Assembly: GCA_030606805.1 (NCBI GenBank)
Contig: JAUWFS010000001.1
Span: forward strand, 1 to 61,816
Length of the DNA: 61,816 nt
Source: Deltaproteobacteria bacterium
GTDB taxonomy: Bacteria > Desulfobacterota > Desulfobacteria > Desulfobacterales > ETH-SRB1
Reading direction: 5' to 3'
The notes under the pieces are model-generated. The model was not told where the DNA came from, made no database searches, and saw only the letters and a list, made by a program, of their open reading frames with translations. The number at the start of each line of letters is the position of its first letter. The stretch's first letter is position 1. The position numbers were made by a program, and so were the translations under genes. Below are positions 26,385 through 34,570 of the stretch, one piece after another.

Positions 26385-27159
26385 GGTTGAAGTAACTTAC
26401 AACAAAGATAAATTAAATCCGGTTGTGGATGCAGAAAAAGAAAACAGCCAAACGCTTTGGTGTCCTAAAAAAGAGTGTTATATTCACAGAAAAATTTGTA
26501 ATGCATGTCCAGATAATGCTTCATGCCATGAATATGCAAAGTTTTCCGGGAAGCTTTCCGAAGAGAATCGGCGTAAACGGGCAGTAGCCCTTGATCAGGA
26601 AATAGAGTCATTGAAGACTTCTATCTTCGATAGCTATTATGTTCTTGGAGAAATGCTAAGAGAAATTAGAGAGGGTATCTATTATAAAGAGTTAGGTTAT
26701 CAGTCTTTGGACGAATACGCCGAAAAAAGGCATGGCTTTCGCTACAGAAAGGCAGCTTACCTTATAGCGATAGTGGAAAACTGTGAAGCTGCAGACTTAA
26801 CGAAAGAGGATGTGCGTGGAATTGAATGGTCAAAGATGAAAGAACTTCCGGAGCTTACCGAAGAAAACAGGGCTGAATGGCTTAAGAAGGCTACTGAGAT
26901 GAGTGTCGAAGATTTAAAAAATGAAGTGAAAAAGAGTAAGGGAGAGGAGTCTAAAGAGAAAAAGATTTTCATGAGTTTTTCATTTGATGTTTCGCAGAAA
27001 GAAATTGTTGATCGGGCACTTGACCTGGCAGCAAAACTGACTGGAAGTGATGTCCGGTCTTATCACCTGCAGGTTTTGGCTGAGGAATTTATTTCTACAT
27101 ACGGTACTATGGACGAGGCATCTATATCGCGGTTTAACGATATGTATGGAGATGAATAA
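26377..27159 (+). CDS. putative DNA-binding protein (ParB/KorB-type HTH-like)
   Basis: ATG 26377 follows ACGGAGGAA. Contains YYKELGYQSLDEYAEKRHGFRYRKAAYLI. Confidence 0.6.
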   Translation: MTKVEVTYNKDKLNPVVDAEKENSQTLWCPKKECYIHRKICNACPDNASCHEYAKFSGKLSEENRRKRAVALDQEIESLKTSIFDSYYVLGEMLREIREGIYYKELGYQSLDEYAEKRHGFRYRKAAYLIAIVENCEAADLTKEDVRGIEWSKMKELPELTEENRAEWLKKATEMSVEDLKNEVKKSKGEESKEKKIFMSFSFDVSQKEIVDRALDLAAKLTGSDVRSYHLQVLAEEFISTYGTMDEASISRFNDMYGDE

Positions 27160-27332
27160 TGGCGAAGAGAATAAACATATTGGCTAAGTATAGATTAAAG
27201 AAAGTGGTTGCCGAGTTGAAGGAGATCCAGAAAGATTCCAAATTAAATAAAATTGATAGTTGGAATCTGGCACAGGCTACCGAAATGATCGAACAGATTT
27301 TGGAAGGGTCTGAAAAAGAAAGCAAGGTGTAG
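27159..27332 (+). CDS. small helical protein (57 aa)
   Basis: The ATG overlaps the upstream TAA. Below the track cutoff. Confidence 0.45.
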   Translation: MAKRINILAKYRLKKVVAELKEIQKDSKLNKIDSWNLAQATEMIEQILEGSEKESKV

Positions 27333-27336
27333 TAAA

Positions 27337-27582
27337 ATGATTAGGCCACACCCAAAACTTGGTACTGTTAAGCTTACTGGTATTGATTATATTAAGTTCC
27401 AGCGGAAAATATTTGAGCGCGATAACTGGACATGTCAAAATCCTAATTGCAAGTCTCGGAAGAATCTGAGCGTGCATCATCGTATCAAGCGTAGTAAGCT
27501 GAGGCTTGATACGCATGAGAATTGTATAACAATCTGAATTTTTTGCCACGAGCTTGTCGAGGCTGGCAAGTTAGACATATAG
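27337..27582 (+). pseudogene. small HNH endonuclease interrupted by in-frame TGA at a conserved Cys position
   Basis: CQNPNC...LSVHH...HENCITI-TGA-IFCHELVEAG. The stop sits where the first Cys of CxxCH is expected. Confidence 0.6.
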
Positions 27583-27598
27583 CAAGAGGAGATTGACA

Positions 27599-27688
27599 AT
27601 GGCAACCAGACAAACAAACCAACCGCGAAAAAAGAATAAGGCAAAAACAACTCGCTTAAGCAGAAAAAAGAACAGGAGAAAGAAATGA
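27599..27688 (+). CDS. highly basic peptide (29 aa)
   Basis: AAGAGGAG SD upstream. Translates to MATRQTNQPRKKNKAKTTRLSRKKNRRKK. ATGA overlap with the MTase start. Confidence 0.3.
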   Translation: MATRQTNQPRKKNKAKTTRLSRKKNRRKK

Positions 27689-28353
27689 TAAAGCCATATT
27701 TTGAGACGGAAAATGGAAAGCTTTATCATGGGGATAACTTAAATATAATGCCAGAATTAAAATCCGTTAATTTGGTTTATACAGATCCACCCTATAATGT
27801 TGGAAAAGGCTATGGCCCCGGGTTCGACAATTTATCTGATAAAGAATACTTAAATCGGATGTATGATGTTTTTGAATTGTGCCTTAAACTATCTGACAAG
27901 ATAATTTGCCATGTTCCCAAAAAATACTTGGAAGATTATTTAATTTTACTGCCTAAAGGAAATCTAATTATTTTAAGACGTGGCGCCCGAGGAGCTTTGG
28001 CATTTCCTTTTCATTGGTCAGACCAATTTGATATTTTATGGTCCTATGGACATCCCAAAAAGGCACCATCAAATCTATGGACCGGAATTAGACTATCAGG
28101 AGAAGGATGGTTTTTCCGAGAGGATAGATTCGGGCATAGAGGATATACTCCGCAACCTATAGCAATTAAAGCTATTGATGTTATGACAGACAAAAATGAC
28201 ACAATTTTGGATTGCTTTAGCGGTACTGGCACTACCCTTTTGGCATGTGAACGGTTTAATCGAAAATGGATCGGAATTGAGTATGAAGAAAGAAATTGCG
28301 AGATAAGTGCTAATCGCATAACCTGTGAGATACAACAAACTAAAATGTTTTAA
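27685..28353 (+). CDS. DNA methyltransferase (N4/N6, beta motif order)
   Basis: Motif IV TDPPYN is N-terminal and motif I FSGTGTT is C-terminal. Confidence 0.9.
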   Translation: MIKPYFETENGKLYHGDNLNIMPELKSVNLVYTDPPYNVGKGYGPGFDNLSDKEYLNRMYDVFELCLKLSDKIICHVPKKYLEDYLILLPKGNLIILRRGARGALAFPFHWSDQFDILWSYGHPKKAPSNLWTGIRLSGEGWFFREDRFGHRGYTPQPIAIKAIDVMTDKNDTILDCFSGTGTTLLACERFNRKWIGIEYEERNCEISANRITCEIQQTKMF

Positions 28354-28401
28354 GAAAAATAAAGTTGCTGCAATTCGATTGCAGTCGGAGAAAAAAGCAA
28401 G

Positions 28402-28818
28402 ATGAAGCTTGCTATTATTTTTGTAATATTTGCAGGATTGATATTAGGGAATAGTACATCTCTAAGCAATGCAATTTATCATCATTCTTCGATCTATATT
28501 CCTGTTACGATAACTGCTTATACTCCCAGGCCACAGGAGTGTGACGGAACGCCATATACCACAGCATTTATGACGAAGGTACGGGAGGGTATTGTAGGGC
28601 TTTCCAGAGATTTGGAAGGTGACTTTAATTTTAAACGTGGCGATGAAATAACTTTATATGGTTTTGGCACTTTTGTTTTTGAAGACCGAATGAATAAAAG
28701 ATGGAAAAGGCGGGTTGATATTTTTATGTTCTCGTTAGAAAGAGCACGGTGCTTTGGAAAGAAAAACTCCTTTATTATAATAAACGCGAACAAAGAATCA
28801 TTAAAAATTAAAGCTTAA
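28402..28818 (+). CDS. secreted 3D-domain (MltA/RlpA-like) protein
   Basis: N-terminal signal-like MKLAIIFVIFAGLILG, then ITAYTP..ECDGTPYTTA...VDIFM. Confidence 0.7.
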   Translation: MKLAIIFVIFAGLILGNSTSLSNAIYHHSSIYIPVTITAYTPRPQECDGTPYTTAFMTKVREGIVGLSRDLEGDFNFKRGDEITLYGFGTFVFEDRMNKRWKRRVDIFMFSLERARCFGKKNSFIIINANKESLKIKA

Positions 28819-28840
28819 AACATTTCTTACAAGATTAGTA

Positions 28841-29026
28841 ATGCTTGAAATAAAGATTTGCTACGATAAAAAAGAAGATATGATCAAAATCAGTGGTTCG
28901 CCTCAACATCAGATCTTGTGTTACGTAATGCTTCAACGAGCAAAGGATGAGATTAGAAATTTGATAAGAGATAGGAAAAGTGGATGTGGTTACATGGAAA
29001 AAAATATAAATGAAAATAATCCTTGA
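28841..29026 (+). CDS. hypothetical protein
   Basis: 61 aa ORF. Confidence 0.5.
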   Translation: MLEIKICYDKKEDMIKISGSPQHQILCYVMLQRAKDEIRNLIRDRKSGCGYMEKNINENNP

Positions 29027-29051
29027 CAATTAACCTACAAGGTGGTACTTT
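29023..29051 (+). promoter_or_regulatory. sigma70-like promoter (possibly near-leaderless)
   Basis: TTGACA-N17-TACTTT, ending 6 nt before ATG 29058. Confidence 0.4.
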
Positions 29052-29057
29052 ATAAAC

Positions 29058-29243
29058 ATGCAGATTAAAATTAAAAAACAATTGAAATGTAAACGATGTG
29101 GATACGAATGGAATCCTCGCAAAGAAGAAGTCAGGATATGTCCGAATTGCAAAAGCGCTTACTGGGATAAAGATAAGAGGAAAAAAATGAAGGAGGTAAT
29201 ATTAGGCGGTGAAGAAACTAAATCTCATAGGAAAACGCTTTAG
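29058..29243 (+). CDS. zinc-ribbon protein
   Basis: CKRCGYEW...CPNCKS. Confidence 0.6.
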   Translation: MQIKIKKQLKCKRCGYEWNPRKEEVRICPNCKSAYWDKDKRKKMKEVILGGEETKSHRKTL

Positions 29244-29919
29244 ACGATTGGTTGTAATAAAAGAGATTTCTCTTAGAGATAAACATGGAAGTGTGCTTTG
29301 GGAATGTCTATGCGATTGTGGAAATACGGCAATAGTCAGCCGAGGAAATCTTCGCTGTGGTGATACCAAAAGCTGTGGATGCTACGGAGAAGAAACCAGA
29401 GCGAAATCGTTTACAAAGCATGGATGTAGCTCTAACCCGATTTATCAAGTTTGGACGCGGATGATACAGCGATGCTATAATCTAAAACATAAGAGTTACA
29501 AAAATTATGGCGGACGCGGCATTACGATTTGTCTTGAATGGAAAGATAACCCGAAAAAATTTATTGTATGGGCTGAAATAAATGGCTGGCGAAAAACCTT
29601 GGATATTGATCGATTTGATAACGATAAAGGTTATTGTCCTGATAATTGTAGATTTGTGACAAGATCAGAGAGTAATTTAAATACTCGTTTGTTACGAGCA
29701 AATAATACTACTGGATTTAGAGGTGTTTATTGGCATAAAGCAAAGAAAAAATATATGGCCGGATCACAGTTAGATGGTAAGCAATACTATCTCGGTTTGT
29801 TTATAAGTGCTGTTGAAGCAGCTAAGGCCCGAGACAAATTTATTATAGAGAGAGGCTTGCATGCACCTTTAAATTTTCCAGATCAGAAACAAGCCAAAGA
29901 TTTGTTGAAAGGAAGATAG
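29209..29919 (+). CDS. AP2-domain / HNH-like homing-endonuclease family protein (paralog 1)
   Basis: LIGKRFRRLVV, CDCG...SCGC, YGGRGI, DIDRFDNDKGYCPDNCRF, and AP2-like FRGVYWHK..Y.A. GTG start. Confidence 0.75.
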   Translation: MKKLNLIGKRFRRLVVIKEISLRDKHGSVLWECLCDCGNTAIVSRGNLRCGDTKSCGCYGEETRAKSFTKHGCSSNPIYQVWTRMIQRCYNLKHKSYKNYGGRGITICLEWKDNPKKFIVWAEINGWRKTLDIDRFDNDKGYCPDNCRFVTRSESNLNTRLLRANNTTGFRGVYWHKAKKKYMAGSQLDGKQYYLGLFISAVEAAKARDKFIIERGLHAPLNFPDQKQAKDLLKGR

Positions 29920-29925
29920 ATAGGA

Positions 29926-30117
29926 ATGCATAAATTATATATTAAATATGACGATTTTCTAAAAGCCTGTCCTAACTCTTGGGCCGTGGGTATTGATGGG
30001 AAAACGCATTTTTTTCCTTTTACATTTTGCGAATTGGATGAACAGTCCAAAGTTATTTTGTGTCCGGAATGGTTAATTGTGGAAAAGGGTTTGGAGGGTT
30101 ATATTTCTGTTGAATAA
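29926..30117 (+). CDS. hypothetical protein
   Basis: 63 aa ORF. Confidence 0.55.
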   Translation: MHKLYIKYDDFLKACPNSWAVGIDGKTHFFPFTFCELDEQSKVILCPEWLIVEKGLEGYISVE

Positions 30118-30194
30118 TAGAAACCAATAGAGAAGACAGAACTTTCCGGCGATGAAAATAATTTGTAACTATCCAAAATAATGAATAAAAATAC

Positions 30195-30223
30195 TTGACA
30201 AATACTTCCTTATGTGTTAGGTT
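30195..30223 (+). promoter_or_regulatory. sigma70-like promoter
   Basis: TTGACA-N17-TAGGTT (preceded by TGt), with AAAACATAA downstream. Confidence 0.5.
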
Positions 30224-30262
30224 TTATTTAAAACATAATACATAAAAGGGAGAATAAATAAA

Positions 30263-31159
30263 ATGGTACAAAAAGCATTATTTGGGATGAACAAGGAAGA
30301 GCTTAAAAAGGTGAAAGAAGCCGAAAAAAGGGAGGCTCAAAAAGCGTCAACTGCTGAAAAGTATCGAGAGTTAGGATATGATCAGAAAGATGTGATGAGT
30401 GCTCTCATTAAAGAAATGCGCCTCGGCAACTTGGAAGGCTCGATGTATTGGGCGCGGATTATGGAAGAAGCCGGAGATGCTTGGAATTTGTGTCGCCGGC
30501 TTCTTATTTTTGCATTTGAAGATGGATTTGGGGAAAAGATCCAAATTTATAGCGTGAGTTGCTGGCAGGCATGGGCATCTATTAAAGATGAAAATATCTG
30601 GTTTGCTTGGGTTGAAAGACTTTGCAAGGCCACTAAATTTTGGGAGGTGCCCGAAGGAGAGGAAAGAGAAACAGCCTACGACAAGGCAGACAAAGAGTTA
30701 AAAGCAGGGAAACGAAGACCAATTCCAGATTATGCAAAAGACTGCCACTGTAAAGCCGGGTATGAAATGAAAGCCGAGAAGGGCTATATGGATAACAGAT
30801 TTTCCGGTGATGGATATGGAAGATGGCAGATGATCAGGATGTATAAGAAACTCGGTAAGCTTGATCCAGACGATAAGGAATCCCTTAAGGCTGTGCAAAG
30901 CTATGGAAAAAGGAGTCAGTGGAAACCGAGAATTATGGAAAATCCCAAAGGAAATTATTTAGTAGAATCCCAGACAGGAGATGGTAATTTCTATGAAGTC
31001 CAGGCAGATTTGAGTAGTTGCCAGTGTCCTCATTATACGCAACGTCTCGTGGGGACAGGAAAAAAGTGTAAGCATATACAGCAATTGGAAGCGTATCTGA
31101 AAAAAAAGGGAATTGAAATCAAGAAACCTCAAAAAGTACTTAGTGATATTCCGTTTTAA
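30263..31159 (+). CDS. RarA/MgsA C-terminal-like domain + SWIM zinc finger protein with SSB-like tip
   Basis: SALIKEMRLGNLEGSMYWARIMEEAGD..CRRLLIFAFED, then CQCPHYTQRLVGTGKKCKH. Ends SDIPF. Confidence 0.75.
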   Translation: MVQKALFGMNKEELKKVKEAEKREAQKASTAEKYRELGYDQKDVMSALIKEMRLGNLEGSMYWARIMEEAGDAWNLCRRLLIFAFEDGFGEKIQIYSVSCWQAWASIKDENIWFAWVERLCKATKFWEVPEGEERETAYDKADKELKAGKRRPIPDYAKDCHCKAGYEMKAEKGYMDNRFSGDGYGRWQMIRMYKKLGKLDPDDKESLKAVQSYGKRSQWKPRIMENPKGNYLVESQTGDGNFYEVQADLSSCQCPHYTQRLVGTGKKCKHIQQLEAYLKKKGIEIKKPQKVLSDIPF

Positions 31160-31166
31160 GGAGTTT

Positions 31167-31739
31167 ATGCAAATTATTAACATTGCCGACTTAAAAGATC
31201 CAAATGACCCACAGGGGAGATCGTACCGTGAGATTAATATTACAAAACAACATTCTATCCCTATTGGAGCTTTGGTTGAAATTAAAACCGGTGAAAGGCT
31301 ATTTGTCACAAAACACACACGGGATTGTGATCAAACTCCACTCTATTCACTTGGAGTGAAAGGTTCTGACTGTTGGAGCTGGAATCATGGATATCCTGAA
31401 TCAAGGTTGAAACAGATAACTAATGAAGTCGATGTGCGAAATCCGTGTCCAATTTGTGATGATACGGGAAGGAAGAAGGTTTATTATGATTATGGGGCAC
31501 CGTGTAATTGCCCTTTGTGCACAACCCCTCAAGGTGATAAGGTAGAAATCGTGAAGGATCTAACTGAATTCGAAGAAGAGATTTGCAAAATATTTAGTAA
31601 ATATCGTCATTACGAAAGAGGCGAAATTGTTTTAGCATACAAACGATTGCGGTCTTTTGATAAGGTTTTGTTTGCTTTGCAAATGACGTCAATTTTTAAT
31701 ATCTCATTGCTGGAAGCAACGGAGTTTTTTGTTGTATGA
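31167..31739 (+). CDS. hypothetical protein
   Basis: ATG 31167 follows a TAAGGAG SD. Contains CPICDD...CNCPLC. Confidence 0.65.
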   Translation: MQIINIADLKDPNDPQGRSYREINITKQHSIPIGALVEIKTGERLFVTKHTRDCDQTPLYSLGVKGSDCWSWNHGYPESRLKQITNEVDVRNPCPICDDTGRKKVYYDYGAPCNCPLCTTPQGDKVEIVKDLTEFEEEICKIFSKYRHYERGEIVLAYKRLRSFDKVLFALQMTSIFNISLLEATEFFVV

Positions 31740-31769
31740 GTTTAAATGAAATTAAGGAGGTGAGTCCAA

Positions 31770-31904
31770 ATGCCTAAAGGAGATGGAACAGGCCCCCCAA
31801 AAGGTGCAACTGGACCTAAAAATGGTAGGGGAAGAGGGAAAGGCCAAGCAACCGGTGCTGGTGTAGGTCGCAAAAAAGGTGGAAAGAAAGGAGCTTGTAA
31901 ATAA
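31770..31904 (+). CDS. DUF5320-like Gly-rich basic peptide (44 aa)
   Basis: AAGGAGGTGAG SD upstream. Translates to MPKGDGTGPPKGATGP...GACK. The track shows only the antisense shadow 31742..31924. Confidence 0.55.
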   Translation: MPKGDGTGPPKGATGPKNGRGRGKGQATGAGVGRKKGGKKGACK

Positions 31905-31918
31905 TTAAAGTAACTGGA

Positions 31919-32515
31919 ATGCAATTAATCAAAAAATTTGGCACAAGAAAAGGAAAAAAGGATTATATATCATCCTGGGGTTTGTTTTTGTGTCCTTATT
32001 GTAAAAAAGAAGTGGAAAGACAACTTTCTGCTGGAAGAATAGCTCAATCATGCGGATGCATGCGGGCAAAATTGATTGCAAAAGACCACATAAGACATGG
32101 TAAATCAAATACTCTTCTTTACGGGGTGCGAAAGGGGATGATTAATAGATGTTATAATTCTAATGATCACTCTTTTAAGTATTATGGCGGGCGTGGCATT
32201 AAAATATGTGAAGAGTGGAGAAATGATCACAAGTTATTTGAAATTTGGGCATTGAAAAATGGATACAAAAAAGGACTCCAAATTGATCGGAAGAATAATA
32301 ATGGAGACTATGAACCTGGAAATTGTAAGTTTTCAACGTCTACGGAAAACAACAGAAATAAACGAAATACAATAATGAATCAAGAAAGTGTAGAGAAATT
32401 AAGACAAATAAGACAAAAAACCAATTATAGTCAAAAGCAAATTGCAAAAATGTTCGGGATTTCTACCAGTCTTGTTAGGGATATTGTCAATGGTAAGCTA
32501 TGGCAAATTAAATAA
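31919..32515 (+). CDS. HNH-like homing-endonuclease family protein (paralog 2, HTH tail instead of AP2)
   Basis: Core YGGRGIKICEEW...QIDRKNNNGDYEPGNCKF is shared with 29209 and 35526. Confidence 0.7.
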   Translation: MQLIKKFGTRKGKKDYISSWGLFLCPYCKKEVERQLSAGRIAQSCGCMRAKLIAKDHIRHGKSNTLLYGVRKGMINRCYNSNDHSFKYYGGRGIKICEEWRNDHKLFEIWALKNGYKKGLQIDRKNNNGDYEPGNCKFSTSTENNRNKRNTIMNQESVEKLRQIRQKTNYSQKQIAKMFGISTSLVRDIVNGKLWQIK

Positions 32516-32566
32516 ACATCGAAGTAGTTGCCAGATTGAAATGGAACAAAGAGGATCAGATTTATT

Positions 32567-33811
32567 ATGAAAGTAGCATTGGTGGGGAATGACGGCCGGG
32601 TTAATGCCTTGTGTTGGCATTGCCAAAAGTATGGCCACTCAGTCTATGTTTTTAAGTCTCCAGAAAAACTACTCAAGCCGGGCGAGAATTACGATTTGAT
32701 TGTATTGGTTCATGTTGAAGATAGTGCAAACGGATTGCAGCAACAGTTGGTAGATATATTCGGCCCGGGAAAAGTTTTTGCTTGCAGTAAAGATGCTGTG
32801 CGATTTGAAACTGACAAGGTTTATGGTATTGATGTTGCTAAGGAACACGGCCTTGCTGTTCCACAGACGATTGTTATTGGACCATATTGGCCTGACGAGC
32901 CAGACATGTTCAATGTACTGAAGCTGATCCACAGTAAGATTCCAGAAAACCGATATGTAATCAAGAAATCTGGCCTGGCTTGTGGTCAAGGGGTTAAGAT
33001 TGTTAAGGGCACTGACGAATTGAGACTTTTTTTGGATAAGTGGACGAAAGTGAGTAGTGATAGCGTGCTCGTTCAGGAGTATAAAGAAGGTATTGAAATA
33101 TCAGGCCGTGTTTTGTGTCAGCAGGGTAAGATAATTCCGCTATGGATGACGATGGAACATAAGCGTGTTCATAATGATGACAGAGGAGCGTTCTGTGCCG
33201 AAATGGGCACTGTAATCTTGGCAGGTAGTCGCCAACCGATCATGGCCGAGATCCGAAAGCTTGAGCCCTGGCTGCATAAAGTCAATTACACCGGAATGCT
33301 TGATATCAATTTTATAATGGATGCGGAAGGCAAGTTTTGGTTTGTAGAACCTACCTGCCGATGGGGAGACCCGGAGACCGAAATTGCACTTCCTATGCTT
33401 GATTGTGATTTTGCAGAAATAGCTCTGAAAGCGTGTAGGGGTGAGGTATCAGAAGACGATATTGTTTTTGCTCATAAGGCCGCTGTGGGGGTTGTAATAG
33501 CTGGCGGGGGATATCCGTATCCGGGTTGTTGCTTGCAGGGTGTTCCTATTGAGCTACCGACTGATGAGTATCCTCTTGTGTTTCAGATGGGGACGGAAAA
33601 GAAAGATGGAAAGCTCGTTACTAAGGGTGGCCGGCATTTGGTAGTGGTGGCAATTGGTGAATCTGTAGAACTGGCGACGAGGCAGGTGTACGAGATGGTT
33701 CGATCTAATTATTGGTTTCTTGATGCCTGGTACCGGACAGATATTGGGGCAAAATGGCCGGATCAACGGTTTTCTTTATTTCAGTTGAGCCCGCAACCCT
33801 TCTCAGCTTAA
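32567..33811 (+). CDS. purD: phosphoribosylamine-glycine ligase-like ATP-grasp enzyme (divergent PurD)
   Basis: Collinear with PurD: MKVALVGNDGRVNAL, EHKR, CRWGDPE, GVVIAGGGYP, LVTKGGRHLVVVA, and RTDIG. The GPNTGGMG loop is replaced by GAFCAEMG. Confidence 0.8.
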   Translation: MKVALVGNDGRVNALCWHCQKYGHSVYVFKSPEKLLKPGENYDLIVLVHVEDSANGLQQQLVDIFGPGKVFACSKDAVRFETDKVYGIDVAKEHGLAVPQTIVIGPYWPDEPDMFNVLKLIHSKIPENRYVIKKSGLACGQGVKIVKGTDELRLFLDKWTKVSSDSVLVQEYKEGIEISGRVLCQQGKIIPLWMTMEHKRVHNDDRGAFCAEMGTVILAGSRQPIMAEIRKLEPWLHKVNYTGMLDINFIMDAEGKFWFVEPTCRWGDPETEIALPMLDCDFAEIALKACRGEVSEDDIVFAHKAAVGVVIAGGGYPYPGCCLQGVPIELPTDEYPLVFQMGTEKKDGKLVTKGGRHLVVVAIGESVELATRQVYEMVRSNYWFLDAWYRTDIGAKWPDQRFSLFQLSPQPFSA

Positions 33812-33822
33812 AGGGATAAAAT

Positions 33823-34026
33823 ATGGCTTATGAAGCACAGCAAAGAGCAATAGCCGCGTTGCGAAGTACACGGAAATATATACAGCAGGCGCATGATAAA
33901 GCCGAGGCAAAGCACGATAATCATGGCGAGTATTATATGGATGATGGGCAATATGAAATCATGAAAACGGCAGATGTGCTTTTGAAAGAAATAGACATTA
34001 TTGTATCCGATTTTGAGAGCGTCTAA
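33823..34026 (+). CDS. hypothetical protein
   Basis: 67 aa ORF. Confidence 0.55.
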   Translation: MAYEAQQRAIAALRSTRKYIQQAHDKAEAKHDNHGEYYMDDGQYEIMKTADVLLKEIDIIVSDFESV

Positions 34027-34030
34027 CTCA

Positions 34031-34375
34031 ATGCAAAAAAATATAAATAAAGGTGTTATGTCCTTACATAGATTTATTCCAGACAGTAAAATTCCTTTAT
34101 CACTCAAAGAACCGCTTGTTTTTGGTGATCGAAGGCAGATAGAGGCTTTGCGTGATTTGGAAGAAGATATAAATTTAATGGAAACAGAATCGGCCAAAAT
34201 TGCTGATGAAAAATTAAAATATTTTGATGTCACTATCGAATATGGCGGGACTGAGGAGATGAGAATTTTAGCTGTTGATAAAGAGGATGCGAAAGATCAG
34301 GCCAAACAAGAAGCGAGTATTGAGAATGCTGACATAGAAGTAGATTTTGTGTCAGTGAGAGAGGTTAAAAAATGA
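34031..34375 (+). CDS. hypothetical acidic protein
   Basis: ATG 34031. An alternative start at 34058 follows AAAGGTG. Confidence 0.55.
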   Translation: MQKNINKGVMSLHRFIPDSKIPLSLKEPLVFGDRRQIEALRDLEEDINLMETESAKIADEKLKYFDVTIEYGGTEEMRILAVDKEDAKDQAKQEASIENADIEVDFVSVREVKK

Positions 34376-34563
34376 TAACGAACCAGTCATATTGGGACTG
34401 CGAGTGTGAGAAGAATTATATTCATCCCAAAACTCATGCGATGTGTCCTTATTGTGGCGCCTGGGCTGATGACCAACCAGATTCGATTGCTGAAGAAGTA
34501 GGAGAGATGTTGAAAGCGCTGGAAGCGCAATTTGCCGTTCCTCGTAAATACTTGTCAAGGTAA
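34372..34563 (+). CDS. small zinc-binding protein
   Basis: CEC...CPYCG. Confidence 0.55.
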   Translation: MITNQSYWDCECEKNYIHPKTHAMCPYCGAWADDQPDSIAEEVGEMLKALEAQFAVPRKYLSR

Positions 34564-34570
34564 TGATTCA

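Noticed and set aside
27535-27537. Alternative genetic code (TGA reassignment) for the whole genome
   Set aside because: Many well-supported genes terminate at TGA (for example 586, 1025, 2871 and 39466), and no other in-frame TGA interrupts a conserved domain. A local nonsense mutation is more parsimonious.
31742-31924. 60-aa minus-strand Pro-rich ORF
   Set aside because: It is the antisense shadow of the SD-preceded Gly-rich + strand peptide at 31770..31904.
33808-34233. 141-aa minus-strand ORF
   Set aside because: It overlaps two + strand ORFs. Its hydrophobic junk-like sequence and its orientation are inconsistent with the rest of the genome.
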